64,000 nucleotides of DNA from Candidatus Obscuribacteraceae bacterium (GTDB lineage: Bacteria > Cyanobacteriota > Vampirovibrionia > Obscuribacterales > Obscuribacteraceae): assembly GCA_044226015.1 (NCBI GenBank), contig JBGAHS010000002.1:320001-384000 (forward strand), in the 5' to 3' direction. Below, piece by piece: positions 10,527 through 19,230 of the stretch. The notes under the pieces were generated by a model. That model saw only the letters and a program-made list of their open reading frames with translations. It had not been told where the DNA came from and did no database searches. The translations under genes were made by a program, and so were the position numbers. How positions within the stretch are numbered: position 1 is the stretch's first letter; each line of letters starts with the position of its first letter.

Positions 10527-10997
10527 GAACAAACGCCCCCGGCGAAACAACAGAATGGCTTCCAGAAACAACATTCCACGTTTGATGCATTTGAAACTAT
10601 ACATCTGCACAGAATTTGAAAAAGTGCTGGACTCACTTTTCCGCGCCATCCCACTAAAGCTCCAACGACTGCTCGTTGAAACTTAGGGGGATATATCTTT
10701 GATTCTAACCAGACCCTGTCAAGCGCGCAGAATAGTTCTGTAAAATTCCTGATCATGCTTAACCAACAGGGTATTACAGTCTTCAGGGTCCGTCAGGAGA
10801 GGGACCCTGCGAAGACAAAAATTATCGGACACGTTTTCAAGACGAGACTACTGCCACCTCGTTAAAGCTACTTAACCATACTGGTAAAAACCGCACTGAA
10901 GGCGGCTTGATTAGCGACAGACCAATAGACCCAAGCAGTTTTATCGATTAGATTCGAGGCAGAATAAGGATTCAGCTCGTTCTCACTCAGTAAAAAC

Positions 10998-13331
10998 ATG
11001 TTTCCGGAGCGCATCGAAAACAGGGAATCTTCTCCCTCTGCAAAAGAGGCAGAACCGGCTGCGCTGATAACGAGAATTGCAAACGAAGACTCTTTGAGCA
11101 GGTCAACACTGCTGGTCACTCAGGCTCCTGAGGCTGCCTTGAGCAGATATGGCATTGCAACACTGAAAGGAATGCAACATCTTCCAGAAGGAGTCTGGCA
11201 CGCCGTTCAACACAATGTAGAAAATCCCACTGAGGCACTTAAAACTGCTGGAATGGGAGCTGGTATGGCAGTGGTACTAAAAACGGTGCTACCTGAAGGT
11301 GGAGCTGCAGGCAAAATAGCAAGTGCGGCTATCGGCATGTACTTCACTTACAAAGCTGCTGAGCCCGTGTTTGCGGCGTACTCGCAGGCGGGCAGAGCTG
11401 GCACGATGAAGGAGTTAGATAACGCTGGGCGCCAGCTGGGTGATGCCGGTGGAACATTTATCATTGACTCAGCAATCGCAGGGGCTGGTTATCACTTAGG
11501 AGCACGGCTCTCTGACCGAGTTCTCTCGGCACGAGCCATGGATGGTTTTGCCGACTTCAAAGCTTCGACTTACGAAAAGCTAGGGCAAAGCGCAAATAGA
11601 CTGACAGATTCACTGGGCATAACAGCAAGCCGTAGCTCTGAAATGCGCCTGAATAGCAATTTAGTAGCTGGAAAAAATCTACCTGCAGGAACTCTCAAAG
11701 AGGCTCTAAATCCTGCTGCACCAATGGAAGTTTCAATCATGTTGAAACCAGAAGCCAGCGAGTTGCGCATTGAGCGAACGCTTGCCCGCATCTCCAGTGG
11801 CAGACAGGCGCCACTTACAGACGCGGAAATGGCAAAGAGTTTTGCCCCCAGCCAGAAAACGTTAAACAGCCTGAATTCATTTGCTGCCGAAAACGGTTTA
11901 GAGATCAAAGACAGCAGCCTTAGCTCAGGTAAGGTTACATTGAGCGGAACAGCTCAACAGTTTGAGTCGGCTTTTCATACAAAGCTAAGCATGTACACAA
12001 CCCCTGAGGGTTTGCGCTTTCGTGCTCCTGAGACAACAGTTTTATTGCCTCCTGAGCTGAACAAAAATGTTGTCGCGGTTCTCGGATTAGACAATCGATT
12101 TCAGGCGCATTCGAATATCAGCCGAAAACCGGTCTTCGAAGCTAACCCGCCCAAGATTGAACGTGACCCGAAATACAAAGTGAGTGCGCTGCGTCCTGAG
12201 CGAAAAGGATATTTGCCAAATCAGGTTGCCGACGCATACAACTTTCCGAAAGACTCGATGGGTGAAGGGCAGTCGGTTGCAATCATTCAGTTGGGCGGTG
12301 GCATGGACCGTGCCGACAATGCGATTTACTATCAAAAGCACGGATTGAAAGAACCGAAAATCAACATCATCGAAGTCGGCGAAGCCAAAAATACACCAGG
12401 TCACGCATTCGACAGCGAAGTTATGCTTGATTCACAAGTAATTGGTGCTATCGCACCTGAGGCAACACAGAACATCGTTTTCGGCACCAATAGCGAACAA
12501 GGTTTCGTTGATGCGATAAGCCGCGCGACATTTCCTGAAAAGGGCGAGAAGGCGAATTCTGTTATCAGTATCAGCTGGGGCCAATATGAGGACGGCTGGA
12601 CGAAAGAAGGTATTGCCAGCATGCACGAAGCTTTCAAGAAAGCCGCATTAAAAGGCATTTCTATATTTGCTTCAGCTGGTGACGACGGCGCAAGAGACAG
12701 AGTGAGCAACGGCAAATTCAATGCTCATTACCCGGCAAGTGACCCTTATGTAACCGCTGTTGGCGGCACGCGACTTAGCCTTGATGAAAACGGAAAGCGC
12801 TTGAATGAAGTGGTTTGGAACAACCAAACTCGCAACGAAATAGGTGGTGGCGGCGTTAGTGAAATCTTCCCATCGCAAGATTTCCAGAAAAATGTGCAGG
12901 TGCCAACAAATGCAAACACAGGCAGAAGCGGTAGAGGTTTCCCTGATATTGCAGGCAATTCTGACCCTCGCACAGGATACATCATTCGCACGCACGGGGT
13001 CGAAGAGCTGACCGGCGGAACAAGCGCAGCAGCACCACTCTACGCAGCCTTGATGTTGCGGATAAACGGCGCAATGGAGAAGCCGTTTACAGGTTCACTC
13101 AATTATTGGCTTTACGAGAATAAAGATCGCGGTTTCTTCAATGACATCACGATTGGCGACATTGGTCCTTACAAAGCTGGACCGGGCTGGGATGCAACGA
13201 CAGGGCTCGGCTCTATTGACGGCAGCAAAATGCTGGAAGTAATGAAAGCTTCCCCAACGGTGAAGAGCACTCCCATCATCTCGGGTCCTGCTTACTTCCA
13301 CGGAGAGCCTTTCGATTACTCCTCTAAATAA
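10998..13331 (+). CDS. S53 (sedolisin/kumamolisin) serine peptidase with pro-domain and long N-terminal extension
   Basis: EVMLD (Glu/Asp), ASAGDDG, catalytic GGTSAAAP, Ca-site GWDATTGLGS, pro-kumamolisin-like region before the catalytic domain. Confidence 0.92.
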   Translation: MFPERIENRESSPSAKEAEPAALITRIANEDSLSRSTLLVTQAPEAALSRYGIATLKGMQHLPEGVWHAVQHNVENPTEALKTAGMGAGMAVVLKTVLPEGGAAGKIASAAIGMYFTYKAAEPVFAAYSQAGRAGTMKELDNAGRQLGDAGGTFIIDSAIAGAGYHLGARLSDRVLSARAMDGFADFKASTYEKLGQSANRLTDSLGITASRSSEMRLNSNLVAGKNLPAGTLKEALNPAAPMEVSIMLKPEASELRIERTLARISSGRQAPLTDAEMAKSFAPSQKTLNSLNSFAAENGLEIKDSSLSSGKVTLSGTAQQFESAFHTKLSMYTTPEGLRFRAPETTVLLPPELNKNVVAVLGLDNRFQAHSNISRKPVFEANPPKIERDPKYKVSALRPERKGYLPNQVADAYNFPKDSMGEGQSVAIIQLGGGMDRADNAIYYQKHGLKEPKINIIEVGEAKNTPGHAFDSEVMLDSQVIGAIAPEATQNIVFGTNSEQGFVDAISRATFPEKGEKANSVISISWGQYEDGWTKEGIASMHEAFKKAALKGISIFASAGDDGARDRVSNGKFNAHYPASDPYVTAVGGTRLSLDENGKRLNEVVWNNQTRNEIGGGGVSEIFPSQDFQKNVQVPTNANTGRSGRGFPDIAGNSDPRTGYIIRTHGVEELTGGTSAAAPLYAALMLRINGAMEKPFTGSLNYWLYENKDRGFFNDITIGDIGPYKAGPGWDATTGLGSIDGSKMLEVMKASPTVKSTPIISGPAYFHGEPFDYSSK

Positions 13332-14785
13332 CCGGGAAGATCAGCTTCCGTAGCCTGTTTCAATGCGAACCAGAATTTCGAGCCTTCACCTAGAGTACTT
13401 TGAACTCCGATGCTACCGCCCTGAAGTTCAATCAATTTCTTCGAAATATAAAGCCCCAGTCCGTGGCTGCTGCCTGATTGATGAGTGAGCGTCTTGAAGC
13501 GCTCGAATATCAATTCGCAGTTTTCAGGCGCGATACCTGCCCCGTGGTCAACAACTTCGAATTTAACAAAGCCGGAATCCTCACGGACATTTATTTGAAT
13601 CTTTGAACCGCCAGGAGAGAATTTAATCGCATTTGAAAGCAAGTTATTCAAGACCTGGACAATGCGATCAAAATCAGCAAAGACGAGTTCCGATTCGCCA
13701 AACTGATCGCCCGATTGCACACTCGATAGCTCGCCCAATTGCGCGCCAGCTCGCTCGCCGGATTGAACATCAATGCTCACACCTTTCTGCTCAGCAAGTG
13801 CTTGAAGCAGGCTCAAACTTGACTCCAAAATGGCGGAAGCAGGAACTACTTTCACCTCAACAGTCAAGGTGCCAGACTCCAGATTTTCAGCATCGAGCAA
13901 TTGGTTTATCAAACGCAAGACCTGCTGAAGATTCTCGCGCAGCTTTAGCACTTGCTTGCGCCCGGTTTCATTCAGTGAACCAAACTCTCCTCCAATAAGA
14001 CCATCCACAAAATAAGAAAGAGAGCTAATGGGAGCTCGCAAATCATGACTAACCATCGATGTGATTTCAGCTCTAAGTCTCTCGATTTCCTTTTCCGCTG
14101 TGATGTCGGTAACAACACAGTAGTACGCAGAACGCGTGGCAGACCACTCAACGGACCAGGAGAAATCGAGCATCTTGCCGTTAACATCGATGACTCGGTT
14201 TACCAGAGGGGGCAAGGCGTCCTTTTTCAATGCCTCAAAATATGCGCTGCTTCTCTCCTTATCAGAGGCAATAAGCAGGTCAAGAATGCTTGCACCGATC
14301 ACTGACGAATTAGGATAAAGCCACATCTTTTCAGCATTAGCGTTGATATCAATAATTCGCAGGTTTGAATCTAAAACGCAAATCAGCTCCTTCGAGAAAT
14401 CAACAATTGCACGCTGACCCTGTTTTAGATTTCCCACAAGTTCAACAAGCAGATCTGCAACTTCAATGAGCGATAGCTGGACCTTCTCATTTTGCCTGCT
14501 GCTTTGATTGTCCAGCACAGAAAGCAGCTTGGACAAAGCAAGTTCCCTCTCGCTCAGGGCTCGTTGCTCAAGGTCTTTAATTCCAAGGTATATAGAAATC
14601 GAAGCAACAAGATATGAGATGAGACAGACAACAAAAATTCGCCCTTTTACAAAGCTAGTCAGATCCAGGTCATGAATAAAAAAACAAACGAGAGCAAAGC
14701 CACAGGCGGTGGCAGTCAAATTCAGTATTGCAAAAGTGGCGGCTCTGTTTTTCACGACACCATTGATTTTACATGCTTGCTGCAA
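13316..14785 (-). CDS. Membrane PAS sensor histidine kinase
   Basis: Two N-terminal TM segments, PAS, VSHDLRAP, NLLSNAIKF, DHGAG, GLGL. Confidence 0.9.
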   Translation of the reverse strand: MQQACKINGVVKNRAATFAILNLTATACGFALVCFFIHDLDLTSFVKGRIFVVCLISYLVASISIYLGIKDLEQRALSERELALSKLLSVLDNQSSRQNEKVQLSLIEVADLLVELVGNLKQGQRAIVDFSKELICVLDSNLRIIDINANAEKMWLYPNSSVIGASILDLLIASDKERSSAYFEALKKDALPPLVNRVIDVNGKMLDFSWSVEWSATRSAYYCVVTDITAEKEIERLRAEITSMVSHDLRAPISSLSYFVDGLIGGEFGSLNETGRKQVLKLRENLQQVLRLINQLLDAENLESGTLTVEVKVVPASAILESSLSLLQALAEQKGVSIDVQSGERAGAQLGELSSVQSGDQFGESELVFADFDRIVQVLNNLLSNAIKFSPGGSKIQINVREDSGFVKFEVVDHGAGIAPENCELIFERFKTLTHQSGSSHGLGLYISKKLIELQGGSIGVQSTLGEGSKFWFALKQATEADLPGYLEE

Positions 14786-14859
14786 TTTTTTTTTCGGAAT
14801 GAGATATGCTAGCGGAGACAGCTAAGCTAAATATCAAGTGTTAGGTTGGATGACTTTCG

Positions 14860-15537
14860 ATGGCCAAAATCTTAATCGTTGAAGACGATTTGAACATATC
14901 AAAAACCATTCAAGGCTGGCTTGAAAAAGAGAAGTACGTGGTTGAGGCAACTGCAAGCGGCAAAGAAGGTCTCGACCTACTCTTGCACTACAACTACGAT
15001 CTTGCAATTCTAGACTGGCAACTTCCAGATGCAGCGGGACCCGAAATAGCCAGGGAAGTTATCTCACGGAAGCGTTCCATCCCACTATTGATGCTCACAT
15101 CAAAGGGTGACATAAAGGATAAAGTGGAGGGGCTCGACGCTGGCGTGTGCGATTATCTGGTCAAGCCCTGCCCATTAGAAGAACTATCGGCAAGAGTGCG
15201 AGCGCTGCTCAGAAGATCGGCGGATTCGATTGAAACTGCAAAGACAATGATATTCGGCAACACAACAGTCAACTTTCCATCAAGAACTGTGTCAGTGGAC
15301 GATACTGCAGTAAAGTTGTCACCCAGTGAGTTTGAGATATTGAAACTCATGTGCAAGACGCCGGGGTCATCACTTTCAGTGGAGGCAATCTTCACACGTC
15401 TCTGGTCAGACAAACCAAACGTTTCAAAACAGCTAGTGAAGGTTCACATGTCAAATCTGCGCAAAAAACTTCAAGCAGCAGGCTCAAGCGTGCAAATAGA
15501 AACGAATGATCTCAACGAATATGAGCTCAGTACCTAA
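14860..15537 (+). CDS. OmpR/PhoB-family response regulator
   Basis: REC (ILIVEDD, ILDWQLP, DYLVKP) plus winged helix (LSPSEFEIL, VHMSNLRKKL); divergent from the kinase. Confidence 0.92.
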   Translation: MAKILIVEDDLNISKTIQGWLEKEKYVVEATASGKEGLDLLLHYNYDLAILDWQLPDAAGPEIAREVISRKRSIPLLMLTSKGDIKDKVEGLDAGVCDYLVKPCPLEELSARVRALLRRSADSIETAKTMIFGNTTVNFPSRTVSVDDTAVKLSPSEFEILKLMCKTPGSSLSVEAIFTRLWSDKPNVSKQLVKVHMSNLRKKLQAAGSSVQIETNDLNEYELST

Positions 15538-15809
15538 TATTGCCAGAACTGCGAAGCCAACAAGATCACTACGAGTCCGACAGCAAGGGAAAACAAAATC
15601 ACTCCAGAGTAACGGGGATTGCTTTGTGAAATGGCTTTGAATAAGGCACGTTGACGTTCTTCTTGTGAATCAGCAGATTCTGCCACCAACTTTTGCAAAA
15701 GAGCTTTGTCAGTCTTAAGCATGGTCATTGGTGTGGCGCGAGAACCATGCGCGTCCCAAGCTAACTTACGTAGGCGGGCGAGATACCAACTGGAAAGAGA
15801 GTCGTCCAA
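15534..15809 (-). CDS. Small hypothetical membrane protein
   Basis: 91-aa ORF with C-terminal TM helix; 4-bp convergent overlap with the response regulator. Confidence 0.45.
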   Translation of the reverse strand: MDDSLSSWYLARLRKLAWDAHGSRATPMTMLKTDKALLQKLVAESADSQEERQRALFKAISQSNPRYSGVILFSLAVGLVVILLASQFWQY

Positions 15810-15882
15810 CTTAGGTGATTCCTCAAGCGATCTAGCGTCAGTAAGAGCAGCGGGGCTAAAACAATTTGATTATACTCCAAAC

Positions 15883-15917
15883 AAAAAGGCAGCAGCCCTG
15901 GGAAAGCTACTGCCTTT
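15883..15917 (-). terminator. Rho-independent terminator
   Basis: Stem AAAGGCAGCAGC/GCTACTGCCTTT followed by a T-run on the minus strand, just downstream of 15946..17013. Confidence 0.7.
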
Positions 15918-15945
15918 GTTGTTGTTGGGGTCGGACGGGAAAAAC

Positions 15946-17013
15946 TTAGTATTTACCCATGCCCTGGAGCAATTTTTGTACTCTCAGTGCTTCTTTGGAT
16001 TCCTCATATGGGTTTGAAAAAACTAGACTTGTTTTGTCTGATTCTGCATCGGGAAGTTTTTTGATGAAATCATCCTTCACCATAGAGGATTTCTTTTTCT
16101 CGCTGATAGCTTCGGCTTCCTTCTTTTTCTCGACGATTGCCTCTGCGTCTTTCATTTTCTCGGCAATGCCGGCTGCGTCCTTCTTCTCTACAGCAGCATC
16201 AGCATCCTTCTTCTTTTCGATGACGGCTTCTGCAGCATTCTTTTTCTCTAACACAGCTGCTGCATCTTTCTTTTCACCACCATCTGCAGCTTTCTCTTTC
16301 TTGATTCGCGCAGTTTCGTCCTTTTCAAACCATGGTTTGACACCGCCATCTTCTTTCACAACTTTTCCAGAATCTTGCTGGGTGCCTTGAGAGTCGCCCA
16401 GTGGTTTCTTTATCATGCTTTCTGGCTTGCCCAGTTCTGGTTTAGTGCCGGCAGCTTCTGGTTTTCCATCAAGCAAGGCTGCCTTTTTCTCTTTCATAAG
16501 TTGCAACTTGTCTTTGGCAGAACCCTCGTCATTCAAATTGTCTTTGCCTTTTCCACCATTGCTTTCCGAGAACTTGTCTTTTAGAACACTGGACCCCATC
16601 TCACTAGCTTGTCCATCATAGCTATCTAACCCAACCTTATCTTTTGGTCCGCCGTCGCGTGGAATCTTTGTACCAGCCTCATCTTTTGGTCCACCGTCGC
16701 GTGGAATCTTTGTACCAGCCTCATCTTTTGGTCCACCATCGCGTGGGATCTTTGGCTTAGGCTCGCCTGCATGCGCCTCGTGTGATCCGGATTCAGGAAG
16801 GTTTGCTTCATGCTCAGCGGCTCGCGCTCCTCCGCACTTTCCTTCACCGATAGTAAGCTGTGGCAACATAGCAGCAGAATTTGCACCATCACTGAGTCCC
16901 AACTCATGAGAAGAGACGCCACACTTAGTAATTGAGTTCAAGTTCAGGTTTTCGTTCAATGCACCAGATGCGGTGGCTTGTTCAACGTTGCGTTCCATTC
17001 TTTCGTTATCCAT
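15946..17013 (-). CDS. Low-complexity Lys/Glu/Asp-rich hypothetical protein with internal repeats
   Basis: 355-aa ORF with GGAG-type RBS upstream; KIPRDGGPKD(EAGT) x3 and EKKKDAxA repeats. Confidence 0.7.
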   Translation of the reverse strand: MDNERMERNVEQATASGALNENLNLNSITKCGVSSHELGLSDGANSAAMLPQLTIGEGKCGGARAAEHEANLPESGSHEAHAGEPKPKIPRDGGPKDEAGTKIPRDGGPKDEAGTKIPRDGGPKDKVGLDSYDGQASEMGSSVLKDKFSESNGGKGKDNLNDEGSAKDKLQLMKEKKAALLDGKPEAAGTKPELGKPESMIKKPLGDSQGTQQDSGKVVKEDGGVKPWFEKDETARIKKEKAADGGEKKDAAAVLEKKNAAEAVIEKKKDADAAVEKKDAAGIAEKMKDAEAIVEKKKEAEAISEKKKSSMVKDDFIKKLPDAESDKTSLVFSNPYEESKEALRVQKLLQGMGKY

Positions 17014-17098
17014 GATTTTGCTCTCCCTTCCTTAATGACCCGGACAAGTGAAGAGTATTTTTTGCTGGTTAAGAAATCGTGGCAATCAAAAAAAACGT

Positions 17099-19030
17099 TC
17101 AATTTTTCTTTTTGGCGACCTCTGTTAGCCGCGCAATTTCCATGTTGTAGTATTCCAACTCAGGACCAAAGGAGGCTCCACCGGTGTGCTCAAGTGCCAT
17201 ACGGCGCAGGTGCCCAAAGGTCTCGATGGCAGCCTCATATTTTCCCTGCTTTTCCTGAACCTCAGCAAGTCCCTTTAATCCAGTGGCATAAGAAGGCACA
17301 GCTGGATTGAAGCCTCTATTCGCCTCTATATAATAATACTCTGCATCCTGGTAAAGCCCACGCTCCTGGCAAATAGAGGCAAGCGTGGCAATCAGTTGCG
17401 CATACTCCACCAGCAGTGTTTTCTGGAAAGACTGAATCCTGGTATACAATTTCTTACACGCAGCTTTAAGCTCAGAATCAGACAGTGTGGAAGACTTTAT
17501 GGCTAGCTCAATCGTTTGAACATACAAGAGCTGAAAACTTTCAGACTTCTGATCTCCAAAACTATTTCGAGCAAGCTGCAAAACTTCATCGCTGCGCTCT
17601 TTGTCTGCTGATTTTGAAAACATCCAGGCAGATTTGCAAAGAGTTGATGTAGTTGAGCGCTTAAATGCCGGTTGAATCATAGCCTCCAGCAATAAGAGCT
17701 CGCCCTGATTGTAGTAGTTTTTCTTCAAGTGTTCTTGTTCGGTTGCTCTGTTTATCAGTTTTATGGACTGAACTGGAGTGACAGGGTCAATTTTAAAATA
17801 GACCTCCGCGAGCCCAGCGAGCTTCTTCATCGCGAGAAACTCACGAGAGAAGTAGGCAGCATGGTCTCGTGGTGACTGTATCTCTCTGACAAGCAGATCT
17901 TGCGCAAGCTCATATTGATTGCGAACATACACGGCATTTTTTTCCATGCCTTTGCTTAATACACATTTTCGATCAAAATCACGCAACAATCTGTCAGCGG
18001 GGCTCGAAAGAGCGCCAAGTTTTGCCGACACATCTTGCTTGTTTCTATATTGCAAGAAAGCAAAAACACCTATGCTTGTGAGGGCTAAGAAGACAATCAA
18101 CACCAGATGGTGCCTGCTTTTCTCTTTGGGAACACTCAACGCTGTCACTTCGCGCGCATCAAACTCTTGTGTTGCCCCCTGCAGGCATTTCTCTAACGCT
18201 TCAGAAAACTGCGACATTGAACGATAACGCTTCTCGGGTTCTTTCTCCAGCGCTTTCAACACCACGGCGTCTATACTTTTCGGGAGATCTGCAGCCTGCG
18301 CCTTTTTCGAAATCAGCTCAGGTTGCTCTTTTTCATGCTTACGGATTAGACTGACAAACTCTGTAGAATTAAAAGGTGGACTGCCTGTGAGCATTTCATA
18401 AATAATACAACCCAGCGCATAAATATCAGCGGCTTCGTCACAAGCCACCCCCTTGCATTGCTCTGGGCTCATATATTGTGGCGTTCCGATCAGAGCACCA
18501 GTTGAAGTAATGGTTGAGCCAATACTCAAGCTCAAAGCTTTAGCTAAACCAAAGTCCAAGACTTTGACGAAATCGTCGCCGTCTTTTGATAACATCAAAT
18601 TGCGAGGTTTAAGATCACGATGAACCACACCTTTCTCATGCACATATTGCATTGAGCTTGCAATCTGGACAGCAATGTTCAAGGCTCGCTTCCAGGGCAT
18701 GCCACCAGTTTTCTTTATCTCGTCATTGAGAGAAACCCCATCGACAAATTCAAAAACGAGATAGGGAACATCGTCGACAAGCAATCCTGAAGAAAACAGC
18801 TTAGGCAGGTGGCGGTTGGAAAGCTGAGAAAGAATCTGTGCTTCTCTCTCGAACCGCACGCGAGAATCTTCATCGCTAAGCATAAAAAGGTGTAGGACCT
18901 TAATGGCAACCTTTCTGTTCAATTCCTGGTCGTTAGCCAAATAAACAACAGCCATGCCACCCGAGCCGAGCTCTTGCAAAATCTCAAATCTTTTTTTTAG
19001 CACCGTACCCGGCTGAAGTGCTTTCATCAA
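17099..19030 (-). CDS. Hanks-type Ser/Thr protein kinase with TM and C-terminal TPR-like region
   Basis: GSGGMAVV, VAIK, HRDLKPRN, DFG, GTPQYMSPE; TM LVLIVFLALTSIGVFAFL. Confidence 0.93.
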   Translation of the reverse strand: MMKALQPGTVLKKRFEILQELGSGGMAVVYLANDQELNRKVAIKVLHLFMLSDEDSRVRFEREAQILSQLSNRHLPKLFSSGLLVDDVPYLVFEFVDGVSLNDEIKKTGGMPWKRALNIAVQIASSMQYVHEKGVVHRDLKPRNLMLSKDGDDFVKVLDFGLAKALSLSIGSTITSTGALIGTPQYMSPEQCKGVACDEAADIYALGCIIYEMLTGSPPFNSTEFVSLIRKHEKEQPELISKKAQAADLPKSIDAVVLKALEKEPEKRYRSMSQFSEALEKCLQGATQEFDAREVTALSVPKEKSRHHLVLIVFLALTSIGVFAFLQYRNKQDVSAKLGALSSPADRLLRDFDRKCVLSKGMEKNAVYVRNQYELAQDLLVREIQSPRDHAAYFSREFLAMKKLAGLAEVYFKIDPVTPVQSIKLINRATEQEHLKKNYYNQGELLLLEAMIQPAFKRSTTSTLCKSAWMFSKSADKERSDEVLQLARNSFGDQKSESFQLLYVQTIELAIKSSTLSDSELKAACKKLYTRIQSFQKTLLVEYAQLIATLASICQERGLYQDAEYYYIEANRGFNPAVPSYATGLKGLAEVQEKQGKYEAAIETFGHLRRMALEHTGGASFGPELEYYNMEIARLTEVAKKKN

Positions 19031-19230
19031 AAGAAACTTTCTAGCAGCCCACCTTCGCCTAGTCTAGCAGAAGTGGCAGATCAGTTTGATCTGTTCTACT
19101 TCGGACAGCTATTGAATTCAGCACTGCAAAAACGGAATTCAGCGCGGCAGAGCGCGGAGACTCCACCCGACAGAGCCTGAATTCAGTGCGACTGAAACGG
19201 AATTCGACTTTCACGTGGAACTATTGCTTA

